From Podarcis gaigeae (lineage: Eukaryota): 64,000 nucleotides of DNA. The stretch lies in assembly GCA_964106915.2 (NCBI GenBank), contig OZ066918.1; one strand, written 5' to 3'. Position numbers and translations under genes: made by a program. The notes under the pieces were generated by a model. That model did no database searches, was not told where the DNA came from, and was given only the letters and a program-made list of their open reading frames with translations. This document shows positions 63,181 to 64,000 of the stretch, one piece after another (the stretch's first letter is position 1; each line of letters starts with the position of its first letter).

Positions 63181-64000
63181 AGGATTTGGGGGGGGGGCAT
63201 TAAATGCAGAGTATTTTTTTGCAGCTCAGGCACAGGCACTCATTATTTTCCATTGCAGAAGCAAGAGCCTGGCTGCATCCCCATCCCCTTTTGTTTTGTT
63301 GCTTACTTTTTAGGAACACAGGAGTAGCTCTGCTGGATCAGACCAAAGGCCAATTCGGAAGTGGGGGGGGGGGAATGGCTGCTGTGTCCCTCCTCCTGTC
63401 CTAGCCAGCCCGTTCAGCATGCATCCCCTTCCCCCGCCGCCCGTGCCCTAATTTGAAGATGAGACTCCTGGTCAGGGTTATTTTAGCAGTGGAGTGCCAA
63501 ATGTGATGAATAAGTGGAAGTCTGTTCAAGGAACAGCAGCTCCTAATGACTGCACAGCAGCCAAATCTCTCTTTCTCTGTTGTCCAGTAATTCCCAAATG
63601 GAGAATCAAAACCGTCTATAAACAGAAACTGCTACAATTGCAGTTTTGCTTGAGAGAGAGAGAGCTTCCTTTGCTGCACAGATTAGGAACTAATGTAAAA
63701 ATTTCTGTGCCTTTAAAAAAAAGAAAGAAAAGAAAACGCCTTACAGCATCTGCCCTCTGTAGGGATTTCACATTCCAGCAAATGCTTTTGTTGCAGGATT
63801 TGGAGATGCTCTCCGACAAGCCCCAGGGCTGATGGTTGCCATTAGGAAAAGACACTTTTATTATTCAGAGAAGATATCATAGGATCGAGCTCTTTGTGCA
63901 CCGTGATGTTTATTGATAGAAAATAGAAAGTTGGCCAGCGCAGTTATTGACTGACTGCATAAGGGAGACGGTCGGAGCATAAACGCTGAACCCAGGAAGA

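Noticed and set aside
62237-63855. ORFs downstream of ARID5B as exons of a neighbouring gene such as RTKN2
   Set aside because: No recognisable protein similarity in any listed frame.

Overview
Vertebrate genomic DNA from a squamate, probably a lacertid lizard (Sauria SINEs with ACCTTT tails, tRNA-Lys/CR1 SINEs, many hAT and Tc1/mariner MITEs). The window holds the 3' part of ARID5B (MRF2) on the + strand. Six coding exons correspond to human exons 5-10: 8117-8229, 16765-16969, 20671-20723, 29671-29768, 48183-48381 and 53291-55432. A ~5.5 kb 3' UTR ends near 60990. An internal CpG-rich promoter and first exon ending ATG-G|gt at 6762 give the short isoform; the spliced CDS is 2814 nt, or 937 aa starting MAPNLKGRPRKKK. 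I found no second protein-coding gene, CRISPR array or viral element. The most interesting unexplained signals are post-transcriptional. (1) The short-isoform leader has five upstream ATGs, including two out-of-frame ORFs that overlap the main start (one 53 aa, spanning three exons). (2) Intron 5 holds a candidate 33-nt in-frame cassette exon, LKCGAWGSQAL. (3) The exon 5/6 junction reconstitutes a 5' splice site. Human comparisons are from memory; no searches were run.
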